Source of the DNA: Macrostomum lignano
Lineage: Eukaryota
Reading direction: 5' to 3'
NCBI GenBank assembly: GCA_002269645.1
Contig: NIVC01001003.1
Location: forward strand, 342,217-375,709
Length of the DNA: 33,493 nucleotides
Under the pieces are notes generated by a model, which did no database searches, was not told the DNA's origin, and saw only the letters and a list, made by a program, of their open reading frames with translations. Both the position numbers and the translations under genes were made by a program. Shown here piece by piece: positions 1-10,800 of the stretch. Each line of letters begins with the position of its first letter. Position 1 is the stretch's first letter.

Positions 1-1445
1 AGTAAGATTGAGACTGGTGAGGGGTGAGAGTAAGATTGAGACTGGTGGAGGGGTGAGAGTAAGATTGAGACTGGTGGAGGGGTGAGAGTAAGATTGAGAC
101 TGGTGGAGGGGTGAGAGTAAGATTGAGACTGGTGGAGGGGTGAGAGTAAGATTGAGACTGGTGGAGGGGTGAGAGTAAGATTGAGACTGGTGGAGGGGTG
201 AGAGTAGATTGAGACTGGTGGAGGGGTGAGAGTAAGATTGAGACTGGTGGAGGGGTGAGAGTAAGATTGAGACTGGTGAGGGGTGAGAGTAAGATTGAGA
301 CTGGTGGAGGGGTGAGAGTAAGATTGAGACTGGTGGAGGGGTGAGAGTAAGATTGAGACTGGTGGAGGGTGAGAGTAAGATTGAGAACTGGTGAGGGGTG
401 AGAGTAAGATTGAGACTGGTGAGGGGTGAGAGTAAGATTGAGACTGGTGAGTGTGAGAGTGAGATTGAGACTGGGGAGGGGGCGAGAGTGAGATTGAGAC
501 TGGTGGAGGGGTGAGAGTGAGATTGAGACTGGTGGAGGGGTGAGAGTGAGATTGAGACTGGTGGAGGGGTGAGAGTGAGATTGAGACTGGTGGAGGGGTG
601 AGAGTGAGATTGAGACTGGTGGAGGGGTGAGAGTGAGATTGAGACTGTGGAGGGGTGAGAGTGAGATTGAGACTGGTGGAGGGGTGAGAGTAGATTGAGA
701 CTGGTGGAGGGGTGAGAGTAGATTGAGACTGGTGGAGGGGTGAGAGTAAGATTGAGACTGGTGGAGGGGTGAGAGTAAGATTGAGACTGGTGGAGGGGTG
801 AGAGTAAGATTGAGACTGGTGGAGGGGTGAGAGTAAGATTGAGACTGGTGGAGGGGTGAGAGTAAGATTGAGACTGGTGGAGGGGTGAGAGTAAGATTGA
901 GACTGGTGGAGGGGTGAGAGTAAGATTGAGACTGGTGGAGGGGTGAGAGTAAGATTGAGACTGGTGGAGGGGTGAGAGTAAGATTGAGACTGGTGGAGGG
1001 GTGAGAGTAAGATTGAGACTGGTGGAGGGTGAGAGTAAGATTGAGACTGGTGGAGGGTGAGAGTAAGATTGAGACTGGTGGAGGGGTGAGAGTAAGATTG
1101 AGACTGGTGGAGGGGTGAGAGTAAGTTGAGACTGGTGGAGGGTGAGAGTAAGATTGAGACTGGTGGAGGGGTGAGAGTAGGATTGAGACTGGTGGAGGGT
1201 GAGAGTGAGATTGAGACTGGTGGAGGGGGAGAGTGAGATTGAGACTGGTGGAGGGGTGAGAGTGAGATTGAGACTGGTGGAGGGGTGAGAGTGAGATTGA
1301 GACTGGTGGAGGGGTGAGAGTGAGATTGAGACTGGTGGAGGGGTGAGAGTGAGATTGAGACTGGTGGAGGGGTGAGAGTGAGATTGAGACTGGTGGAGGG
1401 GTGAGAGTGAGATTGAGACTGGTGGAGGGGTGAGAGTGAGATTGA
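1..1445. repeat. Tandem array, 29-bp unit AGTAAGATTGAGACTGGTGGAGGGGTGAG (runs off the window edge)
   Basis: Direct reading; blocks of AGTAAG and AGTGAG variants. Confidence 0.95.
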
Positions 1446-2093
1446 GTGGATGATAAAAGGTGAGATTGAGAGTCTATGATAAAAGGTGAGATTGAGAGTC
1501 GATGATAAAAGGTGAGATTGGAAGTCGATGATAAAAGGTGAGATTGAGAGTCGATGATAAAAGGTGAGATTGAGAGTCTATGATAAAAGGTGAGATTGAG
1601 AGTCGATGATCAAAGGTGAGATTGAGAGTCTATGATAAAAGGTGAGATTGAGAGTCGATGATAAAAGGTGAGATTGAGAGTCGATGATAAAAGGTGAGAT
1701 TGAGAGTCGATGATAAAAGGTGAGATTAAGAGTCGATGATAAAAGGTGAGATTGAGAGTCGATGATAAAAGGTAAGATTGAGAGTCGATGATAAAAGGTG
1801 AGATTGAGAGTCTATGATAAAAGGTGAGATTGAGAGTCGATGATCAAAGGTGAGATTGAGAGTCTATGATAAAAGGTGAGATTGAGAGTCGATGATCAAA
1901 GGTGAGATTGAGAGTCTATGATAAAAGGTGAGATTGAGAGTCGATGATAAAAGGTGAGATTGAGAGTCGATGATAAAAGGTGAGATTGAGAGTCGATGAT
2001 AAAAGGTGAGATTGAGAGTCGATGATAAAAGGTGAGATTGAGAGTCGATGATAAAAGGTGAGATTGAGAGTCGATGATAAAAGGTGAGATTGA
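1446..2093. repeat. Tandem array, 26-bp unit GATGATAAAAGGTGAGATTGAGAGTC
   Basis: Direct reading; the 26-aa periodicity in the spurious ORFs agrees. Confidence 0.95.
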
Positions 2094-3070
2094 GTGGATC
2101 ATAAAAGGTGAGATTGAGGGGATCATAAAAGGTGAGATTGAGTGGATCATAAAAGGTGAGATTGAGGGGATCAAAAAAAGGTGAGATTAAGGGGATTATA
2201 AAAGGTGAGATTAAGGGGATTATAAAAGGTGAGATTGAGTGGATCATAAAAGGTGAGATTGAGTGGATCATAAAAGGTGAGATTGAGGGGATCATAAAAG
2301 GTTAGATTGAGGGGATTATAAAAGGTGAGATTGAGTCGATGATAAAAGGTGAGATTGAGTCGATGATAAAAGGTGAGATTGAGGGGATCATAAAAGGTGA
2401 GATTGAGGGGATCATAAGAGGTGAGATTGAGGGGATCATAAAAGGTGAGATTGAGGGGATCATAAGAGGTGAGATTGAGGGGATCATAAAAGGTGAGATT
2501 GAGTGGATCATAAAAGGTGAGATTGAGTGGATCATAAAAGGTGAGATTGAGGGGATCATAAAAGGTTAGATTGAGTGGATCATAAAAGGTGAGATTGAGT
2601 GGATCATAAAAGGTGAGATTGAGTGGATCATAAAAGGTGAGATTGAGTGGATCATAAAAAGTGAGATTGAGTGGATCATAAAAGGTGAGATTGAGTGGAT
2701 CATAAAAGGTGAGATTGAGTGGATCATAAAAGGTGAGATTGAGTGGATCATAAAAGGTGAGATTGAGGGGATCATAAAAGGTGAGATTGAGGGGATTATA
2801 AAAAGTGAGATTGAGTGGATCATAAAAGGTGAGATTGAGTGGATCATAAAAGGTGAGATTGAGTGGATCATAAAAGGTGAGATTGAGTGGATCATAAAAG
2901 GTGAGATTGAGGGGATCATAAAAGGTGAGATTGAGGGGATTATAAAAAGTGAGATTGAGTGGATCATAAAAGGTGAGATTGAGTGGATCATAAAAATTGA
3001 GATTGATTGGATCATAAAAGGTGAGATTGAGTGGATCATAAAAGGTGAGATTGAGGGGATTATAAAAGGT
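2094..3070. repeat. Tandem array, 24-bp unit GATCATAAAAGGTGAGATTGAG(TG/GG)
   Basis: Direct reading; 8-aa MIHSISPF periodicity. Confidence 0.95.
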
Positions 3071-3848
3071 GTAGCAGTGAAGCTGCAGGTTAAAAAGAGA
3101 TTACATAAGAGGCGGCTTTTTGAAGAGTGACTGACACAAGTCGTTCCCCAGGAGACGATGGTGAGACGTGAGTGCATGTTGAGAGAGCAAAGCAATATTG
3201 CAGTTAAATGCAGACTAATTTCCCAAAGCAACCAGTCTATAATTTGCACTGGTTGCAAAAGCAAACAGCGTGTGAGAGAGAGTGTGAACGAGAGAGTGAA
3301 AATTGCTTTTCACAAAAGAAGTAGCTCGTAACAAGCAATAGAAAACCAACCCAGAGGCTAAAAAAGGGATTGGAGAAACACTTGGCAGATCGGGCAGTCA
3401 TTCATCAAATTCATGCAGCCTTTGACTTCAGCAATTGAAGGGCAGCGTATAACCGCGCTGGCAAACCGCCTCGCTTTTCTACTGGCTTGAGGATCAAAGG
3501 AAATGCGTAATTAGAAACCAGCGAACACACATGTGGTGCACAGCTAGCGTAATAGCCTCTCTACAATGCGAATTGAAGCAGCCAATATATCTTCTTATTA
3601 CTTTAGTAGATAAATTAATTATAAAGATTAGAAACGAGAAAAGTAACTTTATTGCTAATATTAGCAATTAATTAGTCAATGCAACAACGTCTTATAAAAA
3701 AGTTATATTATTATTTGTACATAAATTCCAGCTGCTACTTATGGAGACTACTAACAGTAGGCTTGCATGCAATTTACTTTAGAATGTACTAAAAGAAGAT
3801 TAAAGGAACAATTATTATACAATAGTATTAACAAGGTGATACTTAAAT

Positions 3849-3854
3849 TTTATT
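3849..3854 (-). promoter_or_regulatory. Candidate MED23 polyadenylation signal AATAAA
   Basis: First AATAAA I found on the minus strand beyond the 27-bp array, ~680 nt after the stop codon. Confidence 0.4.
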
Positions 3855-3874
3855 AATAGGACGTTTCTCTCCAG

Positions 3875-4490
3875 GTGGACTATCAGGGCGATTCTCTCTC
3901 AGTGGATTATCGGGGCGATTATCTCACAGTGGATTATCGGGCCGATTCACACACAGTGGATTATCGGGCGATTCTCCCACAATGGATTATCGGGGCTATT
4001 CTCTCTCAGTGGATTATCGGGGCGATTCTCTCACAGTGGACTATCGGGCGATTCTCTCTCGGTGGATTATCGGGGCGATTCTCTTTCAGTGGATTATCGG
4101 GGCGATTCTCTCAGTGGATTATCGGGACGATTCTCCCACAATGGATTATCGGGGCGATTCTCTCTCAGTGGATTATAGGGGCGATTCTCCCACAATGGAT
4201 TATCGAGGCGATTCTCTTTCAGTGGATTATCGAAGCGAGTCCCTTACAGTGGATTATCGGGGACGGGGAGATTCTCTCACAGTGGACTATCTGGGCGATT
4301 CTCTTTCAGTGGATTATCGGGGCGATTATCTCACAGTGGATTATCGGGCGATTATCTCACAGTGGATTATCGGGGCGATAATCTCACAGTGGATTATCGA
4401 GGCGATTCTCTTTCAGTGGATTATCGGGGCGAGTCCCTTACAGTGGATTATCGGGGCGATTATCTCACAGTGGATTATCGGGGCGATTCT
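3875..4490. repeat. Tandem array, ~27-bp unit CAGTGGATTATCGGGGCGATTCTCTCA
   Basis: Direct reading; lies immediately downstream of the MED23 stop codon. Confidence 0.92.
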
Positions 4491-4533
4491 CCCTAAGTCA
4501 CCGGGAGCCAGTCTTCAGACTGAGCTTTCAGAC

Positions 4534-4884
4534 TCAGTTTTCAGACTGAGCGGGAAAGTTGGGCGCATCGGCCGGTCCGTCAGGCTGGTGACCCGGCGCG
4601 ATGGACCGTAGTCGGCTCTGCATGGACGGGCTCAACCGCTCGATGACACTGGAGGCGACTCGACGAACCCCGTCGCCGACAAACATGTACTTGATGTGAT
4701 AGAAATAGTCGGCTAGGGCGTCCTGGTGCTCAAGACGGCCGGAGCAGGCGGCGTCCACCTCAGCCAGACAGTGGTAGAGCTCGGCCACCAGCTCGTTCTG
4801 CACCGAGTTGCAGGCCCGGAGCAGATCGGCGAATAGGGGGCCGATGAGGTGGCAGGACAGCAGCAGCTGGGCCTCGCAGCGGAC
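4534..4884 (-). CDS. MED23: MED23 last coding exon (VRCEAQLLL...AQSEN*)
   Basis: Acceptor cccgcag|GTC; C-terminal YFYHIKYMFVGD motif; TGA at 4536-4534. Confidence 0.93.
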   Translation of the reverse strand, partial: VRCEAQLLLSCHLIGPLFADLLRACNSVQNELVAELYHCLAEVDAACSGRLEHQDALADYFYHIKYMFVGDGVRRVASSVIERLSPSMQSRLRSIAPGHQPDGPADAPNFPAQSEN

Positions 4885-7800
4885 CTGCGGGTTTTTTGGT
4901 TGGAGATTGATGGCAGGTGAATATGGGATTGTGGGATTATTGGGGTATGGGATATGGGATTCTGAGGGTATGGAATCTGGGATTTTGAGGTTATAGGATT
5001 CTTGGAGTACGGGATCTGGGATTCTGAGGTTATAGGAATCTTTGAGTACGGGATCTGGGATTCTGAGGTTATAGGAATCTTTGAGTACGGGATCTGGGAT
5101 TCTGAGGGTATGGGATTCCTGGGTACGGGATCTGGGATTCTGAGGGTATGGGATTCCTGGGGTACGGGATCTGGGATTCTGAGGGTATGGGATTCCTAGG
5201 GTACGGGATCTGGGATTCTGAGGGTATGGGATTCTTGGGTACGGGATCTGGGATTCTGAGGGTCTGGGATTCCTGGGGTATGGAATCTGGGATTCTGAGG
5301 TTATGGGATTCTTGGGGTACAGGATCTGGGATTTTGAGGGTATGTGATTTTTGGGGTACGGGATCTGGGATTCTGAGGGTATGGGATTCTTGGGGTACGG
5401 GATCTGGGATTCTGAGGGTATGGGATTCCTGGGGTACGGGATCTGGGATTCTGAGGGTATGGGATTCCTAGGGTACGGGATCTGGGATTCTGAGGGTATG
5501 GGATTCTTGGGGTACGGGATCTGGGATTCTGAGGGTATGGGATTCCTGGGGTACAGGATCTGGGATTCTGAGGGTCTGGGATTCTTGGGGTATGGAATCT
5601 GGGATTCTGAGGTTATGGGATTCTTGGGGTACAGGATCTGGGATTTTGAGGGTATGGGATTTTGGGGTACGAGATCTGGGATTCTGAGGGTATGGGATTC
5701 TTGGGGTACGGGATCTGGGATTCTGAGGGTATGGGATTCTTAGGGTACGGGGTTTTTGATTCTGGGATTTAAATCATAGGATCTAACAGTTAAAAATATG
5801 ACAGTTACGGGAGTCACCTTAGCCCTAACACTGTGCCTGAAGAACACTGGCAGTTGGGCGACTCTGCCAGGTCCGGCGTGGCTGAGGTAGGCGAACCACA
5901 GGCAAACCTCTGGCCGGCTGGCCAACTCGTGTCCGAGAGCTTTGTGGGGCGCCGCTCCGGACAGCTGATCGTACAGAGCCAGCAATGGCTGCTGAACCAG
6001 GCGAGTTGTGAACCTATGGGGTCGGGGCAGAGACAAAGAGAGACAATCTAATGAATGGAATTGTGACAAACTGAGGTACTTTTATACTACTTACAATGAA
6101 CTACTATTCCACCTCACAATGACCTCATTTGACCCTTAATAGTCGTAGGCTACCATTCCACCTCACAATGGCATGACCTTATTTGACCCTAAAGAGTCGT
6201 AGGCTACTACTAATTAACTTCACAATGACCTCAATTAACCCCAAGAGTCGTAGGCTACTTATCTACCTCAAAATGACCTCATTTGACCCCTAAGAGTCGC
6301 AGGCTATACTATTCCATCTTACAATGACCTCATTTGACCCCAATAGTCGAAGGCTACCATTTAATCTCACAATTACCTCATTTGACCCTAAGAGTCGTAG
6401 GCTACTGTTGATTTTGAAGGCACAGACACTATAACACCAATTTTGATGTAGCCTTTAGCTAACTCGGTAATTTCTTAAGTGCTCCAGTTGAGCAGCTGTC
6501 ACTATCACTTTTATTTATTGTGGCCTTAGAACGAGGCACCGCTCATTCAAGTTGTACTGTAATGCTAGTGGCGGTCATGCCATAGATAAAAGTCTATATC
6601 AAATTAATACATCTAACACTCCTTCCCGATAGTTTCTGCAACTGTCCGAGTTCACTCCAGTTCACGCGCAATCCGGGCTTCCTAAAGTTGAGTAGTTCAA
6701 TCTGTCGGGTGCCTTCCGCGTGCGCTGGCAGCGATGACCTCTTTCAGGTTGTCCAGGCTCTTCCGTCGGGTTACTTGTGTTCTGGTCAGCAACACCTTGC
6801 TGTGACCTCTCCTGAGGCTCGCTAGTTTCAACGGGAATCCTTGGTTTTGTTGCTCCAGATGATATCGGCTGTGTTTTCCGTCTTCCAATTGTACGCCCAC
6901 AATTTTCTTACCTTCTCTAGCAACGATTTCACCGGGCTTCCATTTCTCGGTTTCGTTCCTGTAGGTCTTTACCCACACCGGTTCTTTGGCCAAGGTCAAC
7001 GTTGCCGTCCGAAGCAGATGTCCTCGCATTAACTCTGCAGGTGCCCTTCTTGTCGTGGAGTGACGGGAGTTCCTGTACTGTAGAAGGAAGCGGTCGACAC
7101 TGGTTTGTAGATCGTCTTCGCCTCCTGATGCCGCCACATGGTTCTTCAGGTCTCTCACAAACCTTTCGGCAAGGCCGTTTGATCGTGGGTGGTACGGAGG
7201 CGTGAGCACGTGTCTGCATCCGTTTCCTTTGAGCCAGCCCTCCATCTCCACTGAAGTGAATTGTGGACCATTGTCAGTAACCAATGTTGCGGGAACACCT
7301 TCTTGCGAGAACGTTCTTTGGAAACGTCGGATAGTCTCTGCCGATGTGGTTGACTGCGTAACATGTACTTCTGCCCATTTGCTGTAGGCATCGACTATTA
7401 CGAGCAGGTACTTGTTGCCCTTAAACGGTCCAGCGTAGTCTGCGTGCACACGGCACCACTTTTCGCTTTCCTCTGGCCAAGATGCCCATTGGATTGATGC
7501 TCCATGGTCTTGATTTGTCTGGCAAGCGACGCATTGCTTGGTATGCCTAGTGACATCAGCGTCTATTCCTGGCCACCATACGCATTGTCTGGCAATGGAT
7601 TTCATCTTGTCCGCGCCTATGTGGCCGTCGTGCAATAGTTGAAGAACTCTTTGTCGCTCCTCCTCCGGGATCAGCAGGCGTATTCCTCTGTAAAGAAGAC
7701 CGTTCTCGATCACCAGTTCGTCACGAGTTCGAGCGTATGTTGGTAGCTCCTTGATTCCTTGGGCTGTCCAGCCATGCTTGACGAGCGCAAACAGCCGTCG

Positions 7801-10800
7801 CATCTCCTGATCAAGCATTGAAGTGCGCCTAAGCCGCTGCTTGTCAACTGGTATATCGAGTAGACTGTCCTGAATCGAGTTGACGTCGAATTGCTCGCTC
7901 TCCGCGGCACTATTATTCAATCGAGATAGGGCATCGGCGACAGGGATCTCCTCGGAACGCTTACACTCGATGACGTAATCATACTCCATGAGTGTGATCG
8001 CCCATCGCTGTAGCCTAGCAGCAGCAACCATAGACAAGGCCTTTCCAGGGTTGAACAAAAATTTCAGTGGGTGATGGTCCGTCCTGAGCACGAACTTGCG
8101 TCCTAGCAGATATTTGTGGAGGCGTTTAACCGCCCAGACTATGGCTAGCGCCTCTCTTTCGATCTGTGCATAATTTCTCTCAGCCTGTGTCAACGTCTTG
8201 GAGATAAATAGAACAGGACCGGACGACTGCTCCAACACGGCTCCCAGTCCCACCGGTGATGCATCAGTCGTAAGTATAATATTGTCAGCTGGATCGAATG
8301 ACTTTAGAAGTCCGGCGTTGAGCAATCTTTCCTTGATTGTGTTAAAGGCCTTCTGTTCTTGCCTTCCCCAGGTCCATCGCACACCTGACCTGGTTAGATT
8401 GGTCAATGACTCTTTCAACGTAGCCAAGTTAGGAATGCATCGTCCATAGAAATCGACCATTCCCAAGAACGCCTGTAGTTGTTTGAGGTCGCTTGGCTCT
8501 TTCAATCCGGCAATGGCTTCCACTTTCTCCTTTAGAGGGCGAATTCCATCAGCACTGATCTCGTAGCCCAAAAATCGTATTGACGACTTGTTTAGTACAG
8601 ACTTGTCAGCATTTATGCAAAGTCCATTGTTTTCCAGGATCTTCATTACAGTGTTGAGCCTTTTGTCATGATCAGTCTGACCTTGGCCCCAGATGAGGAT
8701 ATCGTCCTGGTAGGATATCACGCCGTCGAGGTTTAGCAGGAGTTTATCCATATGTGACTGGAAGATAGCGGGTGCTTGTTTTACCCCAAAAGCCAGTGCG
8801 GTTGGACGAAACAGGCCAAAGGGTGTGCTCCAAGTTTGCATCTGACTTGTCTCGGCGTCGACTGATACCTGCAAGTATGCGTTTGTGAGATCTAGCGTGG
8901 AGAATTTCCGGGCTCGACCCAATCTGGACATCACTTCATCAATTGATGGCGTCGTCGACACCATGTCTTCCAAGACTGGGTTCAGTGTTATCTTATAGTC
9001 GCCACAAATCCTGATACTACCAGATTGCTTTCTGACACACACTATAGGCGTGGCCCATTCGCTTAATTCTCTAACTGTCCTTCAGATTCCATTCTTCGTA
9101 GCTCATTCTTTACGTCTTCTTGAATACCATAGGGAATCGGTCTTGGCTTGCAGAAAACAGGTTTTGCGCCTGGCCTGATCGATGGTGACACCTTCACGGT
9201 GTCGACTGGAGACATGCGACTTGATTGCCGTTCTTCAGTAGTGTCAGCATTACCACCTTGGGTTATGGCGACATAAAGCTCCGGCTCCAGCTCTGCAATC
9301 CAGTCCAAACCATATATGGGCTCCACATCTCTGTGGTCAACGACAAACAATGGCAGGTTTGCTACTGCGCCGCCACGCTCTACTCTGACAGTAACTTCTA
9401 AAACACGCACCGGATCTCCTTGGTATGCTGTAAATCGTCGGGCTGTCGGTCTTAAATTGGATTTCAACGGAAGGCCTTGATACACCTTTAGCGATACAAA
9501 TGATGAGACGGATCCCGTGTCCATAATCATATGAAGATTGGCCCCATTGACCAGCAGAAGCCTTGTTATCCTGCGCCTGCTGGGCTCCTCACAGCTGCCA
9601 TTTACGGAGAAGATGCTGTCCTGTGCTCCTACAGGTCCTGAAGAATCTTTCTGCGGTTCGATCGCTCTCACCTTGACAGTCTGTCTTGACCCTTGAGCAG
9701 GTCTTGATGGATTAGACTTACACACAGCTTTCAGGTGGCCAGTCTTTCCGCAATTCAGGCAGGTCTTAGAACGGTGCTGGCAGACGTCCTTGCGGTGTCC
9801 ATCCTTGCCACAGCAGAAACATTTTGTTTGGTCGCGATGGCTTTTTGATTCCACTTGCCGTAACCGGCTGGCTGCCACGCTTTGCGATCGTTCTGTCGAG
9901 TCTCTGGCAAACGCGGTCGATCCGTCCTATTGACCGATAAGATTTCGCTGCTGCTCATCTGTTTTTCGCCTCGCCTGCGCTTGCGCTTGCCATGGACGTC
10001 ACCCTCTCCCAGGTGAGGTCTGCAAGTTTTTCAGTTAGCAGTTTCCTCACAATGTCTTTGTTAGACAGACCAAACACAAACTGGTCGCGCAACCTGTTGT
10101 TTAGGTCCGTGAATTCACAGTTGTCCGCGGCTTGTCGAAGTCTCCTAGCATAGGCCGACGTGTCTTCTCCGCTTTCTTGCTTCATGTGGTGGAAAGCGTA
10201 TCTATAGGCCAGTCCCGACTTCGATGCTTTCGTTTCGTTTGTTAGTAGCGTCTTCAGCTGATCGAAGGTCTTTTCCTCTGGTTTTGCTGGCAGTACAGCG
10301 TCAGCCAAAAAGTTGAACGCCTTCTTCCCCAGTTGTGCTATAAACGCGTACTTCAGCACGTCGTCGTTCCACTTGTTAACTTTGGCTATAGCCTCGAATC
10401 GCTGTAGCCATCTGCTGACCTCGGCAGGCACGTCTGTCTCCAGGGGTTCGATTGGAATCGTCGCCATCCTCGTCACCAGTGTTGATTCTGAAGGCACAGA
10501 CACTATAACACCAATTTTGATGTAGCCTATAGCTAACTCGGTAATTTCTTAAGTGCTCCAGTTGAGCAGCTCTCACTATCACTTTTTATTTATTGTGGCC
10601 TTAGAACGAGGCACCGCTCATTCAAGTTGTACTGTAATGCTAGTGGCGGTCATGCCATAGATAAAAGTCTATATCAAATTAATACATCTAACAGCTACCA
10701 TTTCAAGTCATGACCTCATTTGACCCCAAGAGTCATGGGCTACTGATCTACTTCACAATGACCTCATTTGACCCCAGGAGTCGTAGGCTATACTATTATT

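Larger units (their letters stand above)
6406..10693 (-). mobile_element. Ty3/Gypsy LTR retrotransposon, Mag-like, 4288 bp, frameshifted
   Basis: TG...CA LTRs at 6406-6618 and 10480-10693; 5-bp TSD GCTAC (6401-6405, 10694-10698); PBS, PPT; domain order gag-PR-RT-RH-IN. Confidence 0.96.

Noticed and set aside
1864-5743. Repetitive ORFs (MIHSISPF..., VDYRGDSL..., MGFLGYGIWDSEG...)
   Set aside because: Translations of stop-free minisatellite units; open in several frames and on both strands; located in introns, UTR or intergenic DNA.
9955-9970. Programmed -1 frameshift at G AAA AAC in gag
   Set aside because: Not a canonical XXXYYYZ heptamer; it lies upstream of the gag zinc knuckles rather than at a gag/pol boundary; a second similar break follows.
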